Shown here: positions 1 to 7,925 of the stretch, in pieces
How the letters are laid out: the number at the start of each line of letters is the position of its first letter
How positions within the stretch are numbered: the first letter of the stretch is position 1
NCBI GenBank assembly: GCA_002366995.1
Contig: DFCM01000125.1
Location: forward strand, 775-40,653
Direction: 5' to 3'
Origin: a bacterium UBP3_UBA3054
Lineage (GTDB): Bacteria; Auribacterota; UBA3054
DNA: 39,879 nucleotides
Position numbers and translations under genes: made by a program
The notes under the pieces: model-generated
What the model was told of the DNA's origin: nothing
The model's database searches: none
The model's input: only the letters and a program-made list of their open reading frames with translations

Positions 1-812
1 ATGGAGGCGTGGCCAAGCATGGTCTGGACGCTTCTTAAGTCGGCTCCGTTGTCGAGAAGGTGCGTGGCGAAGCTGTGGCGGAAGACGTGGGGCGTCACGT
101 GCTTGTCGATGCCGGCCATTGCAGCGTAGTTGGCGATGAGGCGCTCAATGGTGCGCGGAGAGAGTTTTCCCTTCGGGCCCGGGAAGCAGGGGCTGTTGTG
201 TCCCCTGGAAGGATATTCGGGGTTGTTGAAGTAGTTGTTGAGGGCGCGCATCGCAAGTTCGCCAAGCAGGACGTATCTCGTCTTGTTGCCTTTGCCGACG
301 ACTCTCGCGGCGTGTTCGTCCATATCGAGCATGCCGTGGGTAAGATTCACAAGCTCGGAAAGACGAAGACCGGTGGAATAGAAGAGCTCCATGATAGCTT
401 CGTCTCTCAAGCCTTCAAGAGTTTCCTGATTCGGCATGGAGAGTATTTCCTCGACTTCCTTCAAGGTAAGCACGGTGGGAAGCGGTTTGCCGCGCTTAGG
501 CGTTGTGAGGCTGGTGGCGGGAGAGGCTTTGATATTCCTTCTTCTGAAATGGAAGCCAAAGAAGGAACGGATGGCGGAGGCCTGTCTCGCTACGGTCTTG
601 GGATCGTGGTCTTTTTCCGCGACGGAGTCGGAAAGAAAAGCGCGCAGATCTTCCCTTTGAATGTCTTCAAGGCTGGGAAGCTTGCCGCATTCGTTGAGGA
701 ACGCGACGAAGCCGTCGAGATCCCTTTTGTAGCTCACTATGGTCCTGGGACTGTAACGCCGCTCGCTCTTGAGGTACTCTAAGAATTGTTCTATAGCGGC
801 AGAAAGTTCCAT
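1..812 (-). CDS. Tyrosine site-specific recombinase, XerC/XerD-like (partial; the C-terminus runs off the left edge)
   Basis: Absent from the ORF track because it has no stop in the window. My reverse-strand translation from the ATG at 812..810 stays open to nt 1. It reads MELSAAIEQFLEYLKSERRYSPRTIVSYKRDLDGF...ELFYSTGLRLSEL...VVGKGNKTRYV...HVFRHSFATHLLDNGADLRSVQTMLGHAS. This shows the Xer-type N-terminal domain plus the catalytic R, K, HxxR and LGH motifs; the catalytic Tyr lies beyond the edge. The listed 60..782 + ORF is its antisense shadow. Confidence 0.85.
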   Translation of the reverse strand, partial: MELSAAIEQFLEYLKSERRYSPRTIVSYKRDLDGFVAFLNECGKLPSLEDIQREDLRAFLSDSVAEKDHDPKTVARQASAIRSFFGFHFRRRNIKASPATSLTTPKRGKPLPTVLTLKEVEEILSMPNQETLEGLRDEAIMELFYSTGLRLSELVNLTHGMLDMDEHAARVVGKGNKTRYVLLGELAMRALNNYFNNPEYPSRGHNSPCFPGPKGKLSPRTIERLIANYAAMAGIDKHVTPHVFRHSFATHLLDNGADLRSVQTMLGHAS

Positions 813-819
813 GATCTTT

Positions 820-1374
820 TTAGTAAGTGAAGTTGCAGTCGATGTTCTCTAAGAACGGCGCCTTCTCGTCTTTGGGAGACGTGATCTTCGGGAGATCAGG
901 CAGAGGCCATTCAACGTTGACGGTCGGATCGTCGTAGCGAAGACCGCCTTCCGCTTCGGGATGATAGAACTCGGTGCATTTGTAATGGAAGACCGCTTCG
1001 TCGCTGACGACGCAGAAACCGTGGGCGAAACCTTGCGGTACATAGAGGGATTTCTTATTCTCTTCGCTGAGAAGGTCGCCTACCCATTTGCCAAAATAGG
1101 GAGAGCCTTTCCTAAGGTCGACGGCGACGTCGAAGACTTCGCCTCTGACAACTCTTACGAGCTTGCCCTGGGAATAAGGGTTCTTCTGGAAGTGCAGGCC
1201 TCTCAAAACGCCCTTGCGGCTTGAGCTCATGTTGTCCTGCACAAAATTGGTGGGTATGCCGGCTTCCTTGAAAAGATCGGCGCGGTAGGTCTCCATGAAG
1301 AAGCCCCTGTTGTCGCCGAACACATCCGGCTCGATCAGTTTGACGTCCGGAATAGCAAGAGAAATTATCTTCAT
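820..1374 (-). CDS. rfbC: dTDP-4-dehydrorhamnose 3,5-epimerase
   Basis: 184 aa. FGDNRGFFMETY, GVLRGLHFQ and QGKLVRVVRGEVFDVAVDLR are the RmlC cupin signatures. The length is typical. Confidence 0.9.
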   Translation of the reverse strand: MKIISLAIPDVKLIEPDVFGDNRGFFMETYRADLFKEAGIPTNFVQDNMSSSRKGVLRGLHFQKNPYSQGKLVRVVRGEVFDVAVDLRKGSPYFGKWVGDLLSEENKKSLYVPQGFAHGFCVVSDEAVFHYKCTEFYHPEAEGGLRYDDPTVNVEWPLPDLPKITSPKDEKAPFLENIDCNFTY

Positions 1375-1383
1375 TTTAATTTT

Positions 1384-1608
1384 TTAGTCGCGATAACGAT
1401 AAGTGATACGGCCCTTCGTCATGTCATAGGGAGACATTTCCAGTTTGACGCGGTCGCCGGCGACGATCTTGATGAAGAAGTGACGCATCCTGCCGGAAAT
1501 GTGGGCAAGCACTTCCATGCCGTTGTCGTCGAGTTTGACACGGTAGAGCGTGCTGGGCAGAACTTTGGTCACGACGCCCTCAACTTCGATTACATCATCT
1601 TTAGCCAT
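1384..1608 (-). CDS. infA: Translation initiation factor IF-1
   Basis: 74 aa. [13 protein letters not shown]...[21 protein letters not shown]...[28 protein letters not shown] is the canonical IF-1 S1-fold sequence. Confidence 0.95.
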   Translation of the reverse strand: MAKDDVIEVEGVVTKVLPSTLYRVKLDDNGMEVLAHISGRMRHFFIKIVAGDRVKLEMSPYDMTKGRITYRYRD

Positions 1609-1637
1609 AAATAAAGATAGTTGGTTAAATTGCGAAT

Positions 1638-1646
1638 ATAATAGCA
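1638..1646 (-). promoter_or_regulatory. Candidate extended -10 promoter element (TGCTATTAT) for infA
   Basis: The reverse complement of 1638..1646 reads TGCTATTAT. It sits in the 48-nt spacer between the NFACT gene stop (1657) and the infA ATG (1608), oriented toward infA. It belongs to a recurring TGnTAnnAT pattern in this window. Confidence 0.35.
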
Positions 1647-1656
1647 GAAGAAGGGT

Positions 1657-3003
1657 TTAATTGCAAGAAAAATCATCGCTGAAATGAGATTCCCGCCAGG
1701 CCTTGTTGGCGGCAACGTCTTTTTTGACCACGATGTTTTTGCCGCCGGCGACCAGAACCGAGCCGGCTTTGGCGTTCCTGGGTTTGGAAACGAACTTTTT
1801 ATAAGTGTAGATGACGTCCACTTTCGCAAGGTCAGGAGCTTTGGAAAGGGCGGCGCAGAGCTCGGCCGCTTCCTTCCAGGCGGTGGGCGTGATCTCTCTT
1901 CCCTTCTCCGCTCTTATGATAGCGTGGCTTCCGGGATAGTCCCTGACGTGCAGCCAGCCGTCGTTGCCGTTGGCGAGGCGGATGGTGACGTAATCGTTGT
2001 CGCTCGCGCTGCGGCCGATGATTATTTTAAAGCCGTCGCTTGAAGTGCAGCGGTAAACTTTGTATGGGCCGTCTGGATTAGCTTTCTTTTGGGGCTTCTC
2101 TTTCTTTGCCGGCTTGTCTTCATCCGGGCTGTTCAGAGTTTTAAGTTCGGCCAAAGAGCAAACTGAAACTTTTTCGAGCTTTTCTTTCAGTACGGCGAGT
2201 TCCGTTTCCGTCGCGTCATGGCGCTTTTGGAGAGTTTCGAAACCTCGTTCGGCTTTTTGGGCAAGCTGGTAATAGTGTGTGACGTTGTCTTTGGGTGATT
2301 TGCCCTCCAAGAGTTTTATTTCTATGGTTGGGGCGTCCGGTTCGAAAACGTCCTGGAGCTCGATGCTCGTTTGCCTTGGGGAGATCTGGTTGTAGTTTAT
2401 CTTAAGAAGGTCGCCCAATCTGCGGTAATGGTCGGCGTTCTGAGCTTTTTGGAGATCTTCCTCAATCTTCTGAAGCTTCTTTTCCGTCTTGGAAAATTCT
2501 TTCTGCAGCTTCCTCGTGAGAGCGTCCCTGATGAGAGAAGTCTCGATCTCTTCCGCTTTTTGCTTAAGCTCCTCCAAGGTGATCGTTCCCCATTCGTAGC
2601 CGGTGGTCCTGTCGGGAGGAGGCGTGTAGGCTTCCTTGGCTTTCAGCTTTTTGCAGCTGGTGGCTTCCACTACGCCGCATTCGTCTAAGAGCGTGGCGTG
2701 GGCGCCCGCGAAATGGAGATGGAGTATCCTTCTGTCTGAGAAGTAGAGACTCACTATGGAAGTCTCGGGATGAAAAACGAGCTTCTTAAGGTCGACGTCT
2801 TTTAAGGTGAGCGCCAGGGTACCAAGCTGGTCGGTCGCCTCGGGATACTCTTCCTTGGGAGAAGAGTCGCAAAGAAGCACGGCGTTAATGGGATTGGGAG
2901 CGAGGTAGAGATAATGAGTTTTGCTGCCTTCGAGACGCAAGACCCAGACCAGACCGTGCCAAAGGCCCAGCTTCCGTAAACTGAGAGGCAGAGGAAGGTC
3001 CAT
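1657..3003 (-). CDS. NFACT-R (DUF814) domain protein, short RqcH/FbpA-like
   Basis: 448 aa. The C-terminal YKVYRCTSSDGFKIIIGRSASDNDYVTIRLANGNDGWLHVRDYPGSHAII is an NFACT-R/DUF814 signature. It is preceded by a long K/E-rich coiled-coil. The N-terminal ~130 aa are not recognisable by eye. Confidence 0.6.
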   Translation of the reverse strand: MDLPLPLSLRKLGLWHGLVWVLRLEGSKTHYLYLAPNPINAVLLCDSSPKEEYPEATDQLGTLALTLKDVDLKKLVFHPETSIVSLYFSDRRILHLHFAGAHATLLDECGVVEATSCKKLKAKEAYTPPPDRTTGYEWGTITLEELKQKAEEIETSLIRDALTRKLQKEFSKTEKKLQKIEEDLQKAQNADHYRRLGDLLKINYNQISPRQTSIELQDVFEPDAPTIEIKLLEGKSPKDNVTHYYQLAQKAERGFETLQKRHDATETELAVLKEKLEKVSVCSLAELKTLNSPDEDKPAKKEKPQKKANPDGPYKVYRCTSSDGFKIIIGRSASDNDYVTIRLANGNDGWLHVRDYPGSHAIIRAEKGREITPTAWKEAAELCAALSKAPDLAKVDVIYTYKKFVSKPRNAKAGSVLVAGGKNIVVKKDVAANKAWRESHFSDDFSCN

Positions 3004-3005
3004 AC

Positions 3006-4226
3006 CTACACTCCCAGAGCGTCGTAGAGAGCGAAGACTTTCCTGGCGTTGGTCTCCGCGTCGAAACTCCTCTTGGCGAACTCAGCGGCTTCCTTGCCGC
3101 AATTGATTCTCAGCTCGTTATCCTCGATGAGGCGCTGCAGTGCGTCGGCAAGCGCTTTGTGATCGAAAGGCTTGACGGTAAGGCCGGTCTCTCCGGGAAT
3201 GATCTCTTCGCCCGGGCCGTCGATATCGAAAGCGACGGCGGGTTTGCCGGCCGAGCTTGCCTCGGCGATCAATCTTGAGAAGTGCGGTTCCAGGAAAGGC
3301 ACGGCGAGCACGTCGCAGGCCGAGACGAGAGGATCGACGTGCGTGGAAGGCCCGCAGTACGTGACCTTGTCCCAGATGGCGAGCCTGTCGGTCAGAGCCC
3401 TCAATTTGTCGGACCAGGAGAGCATGTTGGTTATGCGGCGCCAGAGAGGATATTCCTTGGGAAGCTCTATGGGGCCGACCAGCGCAAGATGGAAATTGAC
3501 GCCGCGGGCTTTCAGGAGCGCGGCGGCCTTGAGAAGCTTGTGCACGCCTTTGGCTCTAGTGAAGCGTCCGAAGTAGCCGATCAGCTTCTTGTCGGGATCA
3601 TCCCCTACCAGGGTGTTCCTGAAATTCGCGTCAGGCTCGACATTCTGGTAGGCCTTGACGTCGATGAAGTCGAAGACGTCGGTCGTGGGAACGTCTTTTC
3701 TTATGCGCCAGCGGCGGTGTTCGCTGGGAAGCATGAAGACGAAGGCGTTGCCCCAGCGCTTCGTATAGTGGCGCATCAGCATCCTTCTGAAGCCGACGTA
3801 TCCGTGGGAAAGGACTTCCAGGACATTTACGACGACCGGCTTGCCGGTGGCGTGCGCCGCTTTGAGGATGCCGGGGACCACGATGGTGTTGATGTGGATG
3901 AGGTCGGGGTTCACTTCCTTGAAGATGCGCTTGGCAGTGCGGTAGGAAGTGAACTGCCCTTTCGTCATACGGTAGATCAGATGCGGCTTCTTGATGCCGT
4001 AGAAACCGTCCGAGATATGCAGGAAGGGAATGGCCCTCTGGTCGATGATGACCTTGTATCCGTTCTTTTCGAAAAGATCGGACGCCGAGCTTTTCCTGAT
4101 GCACCAGATGACGGGGTCGTATTTCTCCTTGTCGAGATGCCTCAAGAGTTCCAGCAGAAGCTGCGGGGCGCCGCCCATGCCGGAGCCGTGGTGCACGAAA
4201 AGAATCTTTTTCCTTGCGTCAGCCAT
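3006..4226 (-). CDS. Glycosyltransferase, GT4 family (GT-B fold)
   Basis: 406 aa. The N-terminal KILFVHHGSGMGGAPQ and the C-terminal GVNFHLALVG..., DVLAVPFLEPHFSRLIAEASSAGKPAVAFDIDGPGEEI...GETGL fit the glycos_transf_1 E-x7-E type region. Confidence 0.8.
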   Translation of the reverse strand: MADARKKILFVHHGSGMGGAPQLLLELLRHLDKEKYDPVIWCIRKSSASDLFEKNGYKVIIDQRAIPFLHISDGFYGIKKPHLIYRMTKGQFTSYRTAKRIFKEVNPDLIHINTIVVPGILKAAHATGKPVVVNVLEVLSHGYVGFRRMLMRHYTKRWGNAFVFMLPSEHRRWRIRKDVPTTDVFDFIDVKAYQNVEPDANFRNTLVGDDPDKKLIGYFGRFTRAKGVHKLLKAAALLKARGVNFHLALVGPIELPKEYPLWRRITNMLSWSDKLRALTDRLAIWDKVTYCGPSTHVDPLVSACDVLAVPFLEPHFSRLIAEASSAGKPAVAFDIDGPGEEIIPGETGLTVKPFDHKALADALQRLIEDNELRINCGKEAAEFAKRSFDAETNARKVFALYDALGV

Positions 4227-4235
4227 ACTAATGGC

Positions 4236-5171
4236 TTATTTCGTCCTGAAGGCTTTTATCTCTTGGGCTATCATCTTCACCAGTTCGACCCTCGACTCGT
4301 AGCTCGCCCAGGAGATGTGGGGCGTAAGGATCATCTTGTCGGGATCGTTAAGCTGGAAATAAGGATGATTGAAAGGCAGCGGTTCCTGGGTGTAAGTGTC
4401 GCTGGCCGCGCCGGAAATGGTATAGTCGTTCAGACACTGCACAAGGTCCTCTTCGTTTATGATCCCCGCGCCGCCGAAGTTCATTACGCAGGCCGTAGGC
4501 CTCATGAGCTTCATCATCTTGTTGGTGATGAGGTTTATCGTCTGGGAGTTGGCCGGGGCGTGCACGGAAAGGACGTCGCTGCGCCTCATAAGATCCTCTA
4601 TTGAGACAGCCTCGTACTTGCCGGTCGGCTCCTCGTCCCTCAGAGGATAATAGATTATCTTCATTCCCAGCGTCGTAGCCATCTCGGCCACTTTGTTGCC
4701 TATCTTTCCCATGCCGATGATGCCCCAGGTCTTGCCGACGATGTCGAAGAAGTTTTGAGAGCTGTCGGTGAAGGAATGGCTCCTGGAATAGGCGCCGGAT
4801 TTGACAGACTTGTCGAAGTAATGGAATTTGCAGACAAGGTTCAGCATCGCGGCGACCGTGCACTGCGCTATGGAATTGACGGCGAACCCCGTGATCCCGA
4901 CGACCTTGATGCCGTTCTGTTTGGCGTACTCCAGATCGATGTTGGGAATGTTGGAGTCGATCGTAACGATCAGCTTAAGATTGCGGGCGCGCTCCATGTT
5001 GATGGCGCGGATCGGAACGTGGCTGGCCACGACGCATTCGCAGTTTTTGATACGTTCAGTAAGATCGAGAGCGCCTGAGCTGGCGTAGACCATGAGAGCC
5101 CCCTGCTCTGCGATGGGCGAGAGATCAAGCATGCCGAGCGAGTCGGCGTCCAGGAATACTATGTTGAACAT
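4236..5171 (-). CDS. D-isomer-specific 2-hydroxyacid dehydrogenase family protein (divergent active site)
   Basis: 311 aa. It has the NAD-binding GIIGMGKIG, plus GAASDTYTQEP and LTPHISWASYES (catalytic His/Glu region). The usual N-x-x-R-G substrate-binding Arg position reads NFGGAG. Confidence 0.75.
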   Translation of the reverse strand: MFNIVFLDADSLGMLDLSPIAEQGALMVYASSGALDLTERIKNCECVVASHVPIRAINMERARNLKLIVTIDSNIPNIDLEYAKQNGIKVVGITGFAVNSIAQCTVAAMLNLVCKFHYFDKSVKSGAYSRSHSFTDSSQNFFDIVGKTWGIIGMGKIGNKVAEMATTLGMKIIYYPLRDEEPTGKYEAVSIEDLMRRSDVLSVHAPANSQTINLITNKMMKLMRPTACVMNFGGAGIINEEDLVQCLNDYTISGAASDTYTQEPLPFNHPYFQLNDPDKMILTPHISWASYESRVELVKMIAQEIKAFRTK

Positions 5172-5225
5172 AAATTAAAATTGGTTGGTTGATTATACGG
5201 TTGGATATCTCTACTAATCGGTCAA

Positions 5226-5234
5226 ATTATAACA
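5226..5234 (-). promoter_or_regulatory. Candidate extended -10 promoter element (TGTTATAAT) for the 2-hydroxyacid dehydrogenase/GT4/NFACT unit
   Basis: The reverse complement of 5226..5234 is TGTTATAAT, in the 95-nt AT-rich spacer upstream of the ATG at 5171. A second plain TATAAT (reverse complement of 5192..5197) lies 20 nt from the ATG. Confidence 0.4.
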
Positions 5235-5266
5235 GAATTCAACTTAAAATGGAAGGATAATCTATC

Positions 5267-7828
5267 CTAATTTTTCTTTTTTAAAAGCATGAAGGCCGCA
5301 AGCACAAAAATGATCGGGAACGAAGGTTCCGGAAGGTCTGGGGCGCAAACAGTTAAGTTGTCGATATAAAAGCCCGCTTCTCCTTCCACGTTTATGTCGA
5401 ACATGTCTATCTCTTTTTCAAAGTAACGTTCTTCCAGCGGCAGCTCTCCCTCGTCGAATTCTATGGTGTCCGCATTGAGGCTGATCGACTTGACGCAGTA
5501 AACCGCCTGGGCGGTGTCCACGACGACGGAGAGGTCGTTCCATTCGCCCAGGGGGGCTTCCATCAGCGTTGTCATCTCCCCTCCCATCACGCAGGAGAGA
5601 ACGCTTGTCCCGCTGTACTGGTCCGAGGTTATGTAAAGCGGGAAATTGCCCTTCAAGTTTTTGTCCATGTCTCTTAACGCCGCGTTGTCGCCGCTTATCC
5701 TTACTTTCGCTTCGCCCTCGGAATCATCCATGAGATAGTGGAACTTAATTTTGTATTCGGAGTTTACTGGTATCTTGAGGGAGGTTCTGGCGTAGCCCTG
5801 TCCTCCCATGTAAAGGGAGAGATCCTTTACCTGTTGGTCTCCCTTGGCTTTCCAGGTGTCCTGGCCGTCCACGGGACCCTCATGGAAGAAAGGCTCCTCG
5901 AAGTCAGCGGTGTAGTACCAGTCACCCTTTGAGAAAGTGTAAAGGGAAGTGAGCGAACCGCTCATGGTCCTTTCCAGGTCGGCGTAGTCCATGACGACTC
6001 TGGAACGATAGAAAGCGTCCGCGAGATAATTCTTGTAAAGCACGAAGCGTACAGTTGAGGAACGCGAGACCGTACCGCTCACGGAGTAAGGCAGGAAGCA
6101 GTCGGGATGGTCGAGCACGGATAGCGCGTAGTCAAAATCCAGATTGCCGTAGTTGTTGACCGTCGTGGCGACAAGGTTGGTGATGCCTTCGCCGCCCAAA
6201 TTCGTGACAGTCCCCCAGCTGGGGATGGGCGCGTTCTTTCTGGGCAGGATCTCCACCGTGAAATCGTCCAAGTAGAGCATCGCGTCAACGACTTCTGAAC
6301 CGGCGCCGCTGATGGCGAACTTGTCAAAATAAGTCGTGGGGTTTGTGAAGTCGTTGGGCATGTTGCGCAGCGGAACGCCATCCACATAGTTGGTGGTCAA
6401 GTCACCGAAGGTCAGGCTCGTCAGCACGTACCGGCTGTAATCCAGCGTGAAGGAGAAGGGAAACCACTCGTCGGTGCTGGTGCCAAATTCACCTATAAGG
6501 GGATACTCTTCCTCGCGGCTGCAGAAATGGTAGATGAAGAGCTGGCCGTCGCGGACTCTGAACTCGAAATCGGCGGCGTTGTTCCAGTAGTTCTGACGGA
6601 GTGAGAAGCTATTGTTGTCGCTCTCGGAATTCTTGAAGAGCATCATGCTGACTCTTACGATGGCATTCTCGGGAGTATGAACCGCGCAGGTGTAGCCGTC
6701 CCAGCCGGAGCCCCTGACGTAGTGTGCGCAGGCGCCGCTATATCCGAAGTCCACGTTGGTCACGATCATCTCATTGAAGAGCTTGCCGTAGCCGTCGTCC
6801 TTCTTGCCGTCCCAGCGGAACTGCCCCGTTATTTCGCCTTCCGTCATATAGGGAGCTTCGAAATTCTCACGGAAAAAGACGCGGCCGGACCCCGCCCTCA
6901 AAGTCACTGTCTTCTGGCCGTAAGAACCAAAGTCCACGAGAAGCGTAGTCTTGTAGTAGCCGTTCGTCATGGCGCCGCTGTCAAGGGCAAGCTCTATCTC
7001 ACAGGCCGCGGCGCAGACGCCGTTGGTCTCATCAAAAAGCAGCCATTCCGGATGCTCCGTTGCCGTGACGGAATAGTTGAAGTAGCCGCCGCCGTTGTTG
7101 GAGATGAGGAGCGTCTTCGTGCTCTCCTCCGGCGTGTACTCAATGTTCTCTGAGCTGAGATTGGGGATCGGCTCGTAGAGGCTCTCGTAGGCCGCCTCGA
7201 TGTCGTCTATGGGCGAGCACTTGGGAGGGCCTCCGCCGAAAACGCCCACACCGAAATAAGTGACGTCGTATTCGTCCAGCACGAAATTTTCCGGAGTGTT
7301 GGTCACGCTGTTGACGATGACATTCATGAGCCTGCGCCCAGGGTAAGAGATGTTCAGCTCCACGGACGTGAAGTTCTGGTCGCCTATCCCGCCGACGCCA
7401 TAGTCCTCGGAGCCGCCCTTGAAATAAAAGGTGCCGCCGTTGCGGAAGCAGTAGAGCGCTCTCCCCTCCTCGCCGTCACCCAGCATGATGCCGGCCATGT
7501 TGTATGAGGATTTGATCTTGAAACGGATACTCAGGACGCCGGAATCGGTGAAGACCGAAGGCTGCGTGCCCAAAGGGATCCAGACGCCGGAGTCGTCGTA
7601 ATAGTCGCCTGTCATTTTCCTAACGCCCAGACACTTGGTCGTAACGTTGGTTACGTCGTAATAATAATGCTCCTTCATGTCTTCCCGATAGTACTTCAGA
7701 TCGTCGCGCTGCGAGAAGAAATCGCCCTCTGAGTAGCTCTCGAAGTCCTCGCTGAAGAAGACCGTCGGTTCAGCTTTTAAATTGGACGATATAACAAGCA
7801 AAACGAAAAACAGCAAAAGTTTTTTCAT
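5267..7828 (-). CDS. Secreted multi-domain protein with signal peptide and PEP-CTERM-like C-terminal sorting tail
   Basis: 853 aa. The N-terminal MKKLLLFFVLLVISSNLKA looks like a signal peptide. The C-terminus, APDLPEPSFPIIFVLAAFMLLKKKN, is PEP followed by a hydrophobic helix and a basic cluster. Three internally similar modules each open with an F-x-E-x-F-E motif. Confidence 0.65.
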   Translation of the reverse strand: MKKLLLFFVLLVISSNLKAEPTVFFSEDFESYSEGDFFSQRDDLKYYREDMKEHYYYDVTNVTTKCLGVRKMTGDYYDDSGVWIPLGTQPSVFTDSGVLSIRFKIKSSYNMAGIMLGDGEEGRALYCFRNGGTFYFKGGSEDYGVGGIGDQNFTSVELNISYPGRRLMNVIVNSVTNTPENFVLDEYDVTYFGVGVFGGGPPKCSPIDDIEAAYESLYEPIPNLSSENIEYTPEESTKTLLISNNGGGYFNYSVTATEHPEWLLFDETNGVCAAACEIELALDSGAMTNGYYKTTLLVDFGSYGQKTVTLRAGSGRVFFRENFEAPYMTEGEITGQFRWDGKKDDGYGKLFNEMIVTNVDFGYSGACAHYVRGSGWDGYTCAVHTPENAIVRVSMMLFKNSESDNNSFSLRQNYWNNAADFEFRVRDGQLFIYHFCSREEEYPLIGEFGTSTDEWFPFSFTLDYSRYVLTSLTFGDLTTNYVDGVPLRNMPNDFTNPTTYFDKFAISGAGSEVVDAMLYLDDFTVEILPRKNAPIPSWGTVTNLGGEGITNLVATTVNNYGNLDFDYALSVLDHPDCFLPYSVSGTVSRSSTVRFVLYKNYLADAFYRSRVVMDYADLERTMSGSLTSLYTFSKGDWYYTADFEEPFFHEGPVDGQDTWKAKGDQQVKDLSLYMGGQGYARTSLKIPVNSEYKIKFHYLMDDSEGEAKVRISGDNAALRDMDKNLKGNFPLYITSDQYSGTSVLSCVMGGEMTTLMEAPLGEWNDLSVVVDTAQAVYCVKSISLNADTIEFDEGELPLEERYFEKEIDMFDINVEGEAGFYIDNLTVCAPDLPEPSFPIIFVLAAFMLLKKKN

Positions 7829-7925
7829 GACAAAGCGAATGGGTTATTTATCATCTAATATTCTAATATTTTTCAACCGTGAGACAATGTTTTTTTAAGA
7901 CATGCCCCGCTTCAAAATTAGAACA

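Noticed and set aside
436-660. Short nested ORFs of 60-170 aa listed throughout the track, for example 436..660, 849..1043, 4348..4863, 12260..12991, 20719..21213 and 30772..31758.
   Set aside because: All are embedded out of frame or antisense within confidently assigned genes. They are enriched in Arg/Pro/Gly/His, as expected for off-frame translation of GC-rich coding DNA.
60-782. A 240-aa plus-strand ORF at the left edge.
   Set aside because: It is the codon-aligned antisense of the XerC/D-like recombinase, which has unmistakable catalytic motifs on the minus strand. The plus-strand product is G/R/V/A-rich and has no recognisable motif.
3282-4604. Other long antisense ORFs: 3282..4604, 9059..10642, 11096..12004, 12439..13650, 15322..15936, 18874..19641, 33277..34155, 34673..35950, 35954..36682 and 38820..39680.
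   Set aside because: Each lies opposite a confidently assigned gene, and the products are compositionally skewed. The ones I phase-checked are codon-aligned antisense. I treat them as shadows of TTA/CTA/TCA avoidance, not as overlapping genes. Only Ribo-seq could overturn this.
5254-5268. The hairpin AGGATA-GAT-TATCCT overlapping the PEP-CTERM gene stop, followed by TCCATTTT. I considered it as a possible terminator.
   Set aside because: The stem is only 6 bp and AT-rich, the loop is 3 nt, and the U-tract is interrupted. That is too weak to call without Term-seq.
7854-7869. The tandem 8-mer TCTAATAT TCTAATAT upstream of the PEP-CTERM gene. I considered a CRISPR, repeat or operator reading.
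   Set aside because: There are only two copies in an AT-rich promoter spacer. This is too short for any repeat-element call. It may overlap a -10 like TAGAAT, but several alternative -35/-10 pairings are possible, so I did not annotate a promoter.
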